DNA from: Candidatus Kapaibacterium sp.
GTDB taxonomy: Bacteria; Bacteroidota; Ignavibacteria; Kapaibacteriales; UBA2268
Assembly (NCBI GenBank): GCA_963665665.1
Contig: OY762428.1
Location: 2,368,001-2,432,000 of the forward strand
Length of the DNA stretch: 64,000 nucleotides
Direction of reading: 5' to 3'
Shown: positions 59,724 to 64,000 of the stretch, in pieces
Numbering within the stretch: the stretch's first letter is position 1
How the letters are laid out: each line of letters starts with the position of its first letter
Program-made: the position numbers and the translations under genes
Notes under the pieces: generated by a model
Told to the model about the DNA's origin: nothing
The model's database searches: none
What the model saw: the letters and a program-made list of their open reading frames with translations, nothing else

Positions 59724-60214
59724 TTTGGCCTCCCGGCTTTATTAATAATCGTTTCAATCACTGTGTGCAATATAGAGCATAGCATACAAGAAAAAAATAG
59801 CTGAAATCGTGATTAATCTGTAGTTTTTGAAAAACGGCATGTAGTAATTTTCCTACAATTGTGTAAAAACGATTTTATGAATTCATATTAATATTTATCA
59901 GAAAGCATGTATCCATGAATATTTATAACTACTACCACTTGTAGTAGTTTTTGTGAAATATCCCCATTTTTCTTAATTTATTTGAGTAAAAGACGCAAAT
60001 TATTTTATATTTTTTTTTGAATATTTTCTTTTTCTTTTAAAATTTCCTTCATTTCATTGTTCATGAAGGAAACGTTATTTCTCAGAAGATTGTATGGGAG
60101 TGATAGGTTTTAATGCCCCCCTTTATCCGATGCATCAAATCCGGCTTGCAAGTGCGGGGAATCTTTGTTATTTTTATTTTTTACGTGAAAACCATTGGCA
60201 GAAAGAGTTTTAAT

Positions 60215-61231
60215 ATGATTAACGAGATCAAAGAACTGAAAGATACAATGGCCGCAAGGCTGGAAAATGTGAAGAATACCGCAGGGCTTGAGGATTTCAG
60301 GCTGGAATTCCTTGTTAAAAAAGGAAAGGTGCAGGCCCTTTTCGACAGGATGAAAGAAGTTCCAAAGGAAGAAAAGCCGCTCGTGGGTAAAGAACTGAAC
60401 ATTATGAAGAAATTCGCCGAAGCAGCTTTCAAAGATCTGAAAGAAAAACTGGAAAGTGCCGGCGAAACTGAACCGGATATCGACCTGTCGCTGCCTGGAA
60501 AGAAATCTTTCCACGGTACTTATCACCCCATCTACCAGGTTGTGGATGAGATGATAGATATTTTCACCCGTATGGGCTTTACCGTGGCAGAAGGCCCCGA
60601 GCTTGAGGACGAAACCCATAACTTCGACAAAGTGAATTTTGCTCCCGACCATCCGGCAAGGGATATGCAGGATACTTTCTTTATCAAATCCGAGGATAAA
60701 GACCTGCTGCTAAGGACGCATACAACTCCTATGCAGATCAGGGTGATGAACGCCATGAAGCCGCCTATCCGCTGCCTGATGCCCGGCAGGGTTTACCGCA
60801 ACGAGGCAATAAATGCCCGCTCACTGGCGGAATTCCACCAGATAGAAGGCCTTTATATCGACAAGAATGTTACTTTTGCCCAGCTGAAGGGAACGATCAT
60901 GGCATTTGCAAAGCAGATGTACGGCGAAAACTCCAAGTTCAGGTTCAGGCCGTCCTACTTCCCATTCACCGAGCCGAGCGCCGAGGTGGATATAAGCTGC
61001 TACCTTTGCGGAGGCGAAGGCTGCCGTATTTGTAAATATACCGGCTGGCTGGAAATTGCAGGCTGCGGAATGGTTCACCCCAACGTGCTTCGCGCAGGCG
61101 GAATCGATCCCGAGGAATACACCGGCTTTGCATTCGGGTTCGGCATAGAGCGCGTGGCAATGCTGCGCTCAGGAATAACCGATATACGGCTCTTCTACGA
61201 GAACGACGCCCGCTTCCTTGAGCAGTTCTAA
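60215..61231 (+). CDS. pheS: Phenylalanine--tRNA ligase alpha subunit
   Basis: HPARDMQDTF, LRTHT, FHQIEGL, RFRPSYFPFTEPSAE, GFAFGFGIER. Confidence 0.97.
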   Translation: MINEIKELKDTMAARLENVKNTAGLEDFRLEFLVKKGKVQALFDRMKEVPKEEKPLVGKELNIMKKFAEAAFKDLKEKLESAGETEPDIDLSLPGKKSFHGTYHPIYQVVDEMIDIFTRMGFTVAEGPELEDETHNFDKVNFAPDHPARDMQDTFFIKSEDKDLLLRTHTTPMQIRVMNAMKPPIRCLMPGRVYRNEAINARSLAEFHQIEGLYIDKNVTFAQLKGTIMAFAKQMYGENSKFRFRPSYFPFTEPSAEVDISCYLCGGEGCRICKYTGWLEIAGCGMVHPNVLRAGGIDPEEYTGFAFGFGIERVAMLRSGITDIRLFYENDARFLEQF

Positions 61232-61244
61232 AAGATTTACCAGG

Positions 61245-61270
61245 CCCCGCTTTTGCGGGGTTTTTTTATT
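61245..61270 (+). terminator. Rho-independent terminator after pheS
   Basis: CCCCGC-tttt-GCGGGG followed by a T7 tract. Confidence 0.88.
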
Positions 61271-61612
61271 GAACGATATCGTCTGATAAGCTATTTATAG
61301 CCGGATAAACCCAATAGGGAAAAATCATCCTTAATTTTTAAAAATCAATTGGATAAAGAAAATATTTTATTTATATTTTCGATATATTTTTTATATTTAA
61401 AAGTTGGCGGTCATGCAAGGAAAGACTGCACAAAAAGTTAAGTAGAGTATTGAAATTGCAACAGCACAATTTGTATTTTTCACGAGCAAATGTTTACCTA
61501 AAAAAAGAAAAAGAAATAATCAAAAAAATATTATATTATTGTAAATTGCGGTTTTAGACAAATTGATTTGTAAAATTTGTATTAGATTGAGGTTTTTGTA
61601 AAAAAAGTATAA

Positions 61613-62113
61613 ATGACAGAAGAGCATATAAAAGAAGCCATATCATTGAGATATTTAGAGCTAATAGCTGCTTATAGAGGTTATGATGTCTCAAATTCTA
61701 AGAAAGATTATGGGCGTGATTTACAGATTGATGAAGTTGATCAATTTAATGGTAGGTTGTTAAGCACAAATCGCTCTCTTTATTTTCAAGTAAAATCTAC
61801 AACACAAAAAACAATTATTGAAAATGACAATTCAATTAAATATGATTTAAAAACAAAAAACTATAACGATTTAATAACTCTTAGAGATACTGCAAATCCT
61901 TTAATATTAATTGTTTTTGTTTTACCGGAAAACAAAAATGAATGGATAGAATTATCAAAAGACGAATTAATTGCACGAAAGTGCGCATACTGGTATATGC
62001 CTTCTGATAAAGCAAGTCAGTCTGATAATAGTATTTCAACAAGAATTGAGATTGATAAAAATCATTTAGTTGATTTAAAGACATTTGATTTATTATTTAA
62101 TAAGTATTTATAA
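61613..62113 (+). CDS. DUF4365 family PD-(D/E)XK-like nuclease
   Basis: KE..S..Y, KDYGRD, FQVKST, Y.L..KNYNDL, P.ILIV.VLP, CAYW; low GC. Confidence 0.78.
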   Translation: MTEEHIKEAISLRYLELIAAYRGYDVSNSKKDYGRDLQIDEVDQFNGRLLSTNRSLYFQVKSTTQKTIIENDNSIKYDLKTKNYNDLITLRDTANPLILIVFVLPENKNEWIELSKDELIARKCAYWYMPSDKASQSDNSISTRIEIDKNHLVDLKTFDLLFNKYL

Positions 62114-63210
62114 TGAAAAATCAAATAATATATAAAAATATAACCGACCTTTTGCTTAATAGAAACTGGGTGAAATCAGAAAGCAAATCTAAATTTGATG
62201 TTTTTCTACCTCCTGCTGACTTGGGTATTGAGAAAAGTTATTGTTTTTATTTATATAACAAAATAAATAATACAGATTTTGAAAAAACAATATTGAAAAG
62301 CATTGATGTATTAACTCAAATTTATTCCAATGATGACATTGATGATTTAGGGTCAATAATTATTGATGATAGACAAGTGTTGTCATTGCATATTCATAAT
62401 GACGAAATTAAAAATGGAAAACCGAGTATTCGATTTTTTGAACTTTTGCTTCATAATTCAAAAAGTTTATTAGAGCAAATAGCTAATTTTAGTGTGATAA
62501 ATAAACCTCATTTTTTTGACAATAGAGAAGAGGCAGAAAGATATTTGAATTATTGTAATTTTTTAAAGAATGATGTTGGTAGTCTAATTACTAAAATTCA
62601 ATTGCCTAATAACGAAGATATAATAGAAAAGACATTGTTTGATAGTGCTTTAAAAGCTAATCAAATTAATAAAAACTTAATAAATATTACAGATTTTGTA
62701 AATAATGAAATATTGGCTCAGGAGAATTTTGAGCCTGACGATGACTTTATTATAAACAATAAAAAATATATAAGTGTCAATGTTTCTGATAAACTGAAAA
62801 GTTTATATAAAGATATAGAATACTCAGATATTGAATTTTCGTTAAAAGGTGTTGACACTTTTGAAACAACAAAAGCGATTGATTTAAGTCGTGAGAAGGT
62901 AAATAATTTAGGTTCATTTTCTCGCAAAATACGAGAAAAGATGAAAGAGATTTCCGAAGATTTTGTTGACTTGACTGGAAAAATAGTAAAATTACAATCA
63001 AAAGATGTTGATAGTGATAAGAATACAATCACAATAGAAAGTATCATTAATAATGTTAAGAAAGATGTGTCGGTAAAATTAAGTTCTGACCAAATAAAAT
63101 TAGCAGCAGAAGCATTTAAGGATAGTAAAACAATCACATTAAATTGTAAATTAGAAAAAGAAAAAACTAAATATAAAGTAACAGAGTTAAACGATTTTAG
63201 AATTAAATAG
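62113..63210 (+). CDS. Hypothetical protein translationally coupled to the DUF4365 gene
   Basis: TAATG stop/start overlap; 365-aa low-GC ORF with an OB-fold-like C-terminus. Confidence 0.7.
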   Translation: MKNQIIYKNITDLLLNRNWVKSESKSKFDVFLPPADLGIEKSYCFYLYNKINNTDFEKTILKSIDVLTQIYSNDDIDDLGSIIIDDRQVLSLHIHNDEIKNGKPSIRFFELLLHNSKSLLEQIANFSVINKPHFFDNREEAERYLNYCNFLKNDVGSLITKIQLPNNEDIIEKTLFDSALKANQINKNLINITDFVNNEILAQENFEPDDDFIINNKKYISVNVSDKLKSLYKDIEYSDIEFSLKGVDTFETTKAIDLSREKVNNLGSFSRKIREKMKEISEDFVDLTGKIVKLQSKDVDSDKNTITIESIINNVKKDVSVKLSSDQIKLAAEAFKDSKTITLNCKLEKEKTKYKVTELNDFRIK

Positions 63211-63258
63211 CCAGCTCCAGTTCCAAATCCAATAGGATAGTAAGGACTAAGCACGAAA

Positions 63259-63388
63259 ACCTAACAAAAGCTATACGTAATTTGGGTAAGGTGCTAAAAT
63301 TGAAGTTTATAGCATTAAATGAAATTAGTGGTAGATTGGAAATTAATCGTTTCGAAATCCCGCACTACGCATATTCGAGCCGTTGTGA
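63259..63388 (+). mobile_element. attC-like cassette recombination site
   Basis: ACCTAAC (RYYYAAC) shortly after a stop codon; TATACGTA..GGG pairs imperfectly with CCC..TACGCATA; ends CCGTTGTG about 15 bp before the next ATG; about 130 bp. Confidence 0.55.
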
Positions 63389-63401
63389 GTAATTAGGAAA
63401 A

Positions 63402-64000
63402 ATGAGCATCAGGACTATAAATATCATTCTTTTAGTTATTTGTTTTAATTCGGTTTTCGGACAAACAAATTTGATTATTCCAAATAAAGGCATTGAAGGG
63501 ATTTCTATTGTAATTGACTCATCAAAAATTTCGGATGTAATAGCAATATTTGGAACAGATTATACTTTAACCGAAAAGACTTTAATTACAAATTATCAAT
63601 ACGACAAGCTCGGACTGACTTTTCAAATAGACCCTTATGACAAAAACCAAATTGTTAGGTCCATTTCAGTTGAATCACCTTTTAAAGCAAAAACAGAAAA
63701 TGGAATTGTACTTAATGAAAGTACAATGAATGATGTTTGGAACACATTCAACGACAAAGGGTGTTTCACATCAAAATCTTATGCTTGGAATACTCAAAAA
63801 GGAATTTCTTTTTACATCAAAAAAGACCCTAATGAAAAAGGATATGACACAGACGAAAAAATCTATAAAATCGAAATAAATAATGATAGCGATTTTGGAA
63901 TTTCTTCAAGAGTAAATTTCGAGTTTAACGATATACCTGTAAACAAAAAAGTAAACAGTTTAATCGCTATTCTTCAAACAGACAATTTTGACTTTAAAAG
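63402..64000 (+). CDS. Hypothetical secreted protein (3' truncated by window edge)
   Basis: AGGA RBS and ATG 63402; signal peptide MSIRTINIILLVICFNSVFG-Q; no stop before the window end; missing from the ORF track. Confidence 0.75.
   Translation, partial: MSIRTINIILLVICFNSVFGQTNLIIPNKGIEGISIVIDSSKISDVIAIFGTDYTLTEKTLITNYQYDKLGLTFQIDPYDKNQIVRSISVESPFKAKTENGIVLNESTMNDVWNTFNDKGCFTSKSYAWNTQKGISFYIKKDPNEKGYDTDEKIYKIEINNDSDFGISSRVNFEFNDIPVNKKVNSLIAILQTDNFDFK

Noticed and set aside
60060-60214. T-box or pheM-like attenuator upstream of pheS
   Set aside because: No T-box consensus, Phe-rich leader peptide or terminator could be identified convincingly.

Overview
Chromosomal window from a low-GC FCB-group bacterium, most likely Ignavibacteriota/Kapabacteria-like. 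That placement is inferred from five T9SS C-terminal-domain proteins, TAnnTTTG promoter elements, a DUF2851 gene and flagellar genes. Housekeeping genes are pyrE, truA, murA, envC, manC, anmK, pheS, gpx, a Met/Cys lyase and M14/M28 peptidases. It also carries an ABC-2 exporter, a PAS kinase/NarL-family two-component pair and a fliL-fliM-fliN-fliO cluster. Most notable: (1) a 2156-aa T9SS-secreted protein made of five ~400-aa tandem papain-like modules, four with the catalytic Cys and His and the fifth apparently dead; (2) a 65-aa stand-alone protein resembling the FliG-binding tail of FliF, behind a sigma28-like promoter; (3) an orphan 89-aa peptide with five CxxG motifs that looks like a radical-SAM RiPP precursor; (4) a low-GC region after pheS with a DUF4365 nuclease pair and an attC-like hairpin, suggesting an integron-like cassette array running off the window; (5) a 135-bp orphan copy of a T9SS CTD gene end; (6) a degenerate REC-HD-GYP gene facing the flagellar switch operon. 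No rRNA, tRNA, CRISPR array, transposase or integrase was seen. All family assignments come from motif recognition by eye, not from database searches.
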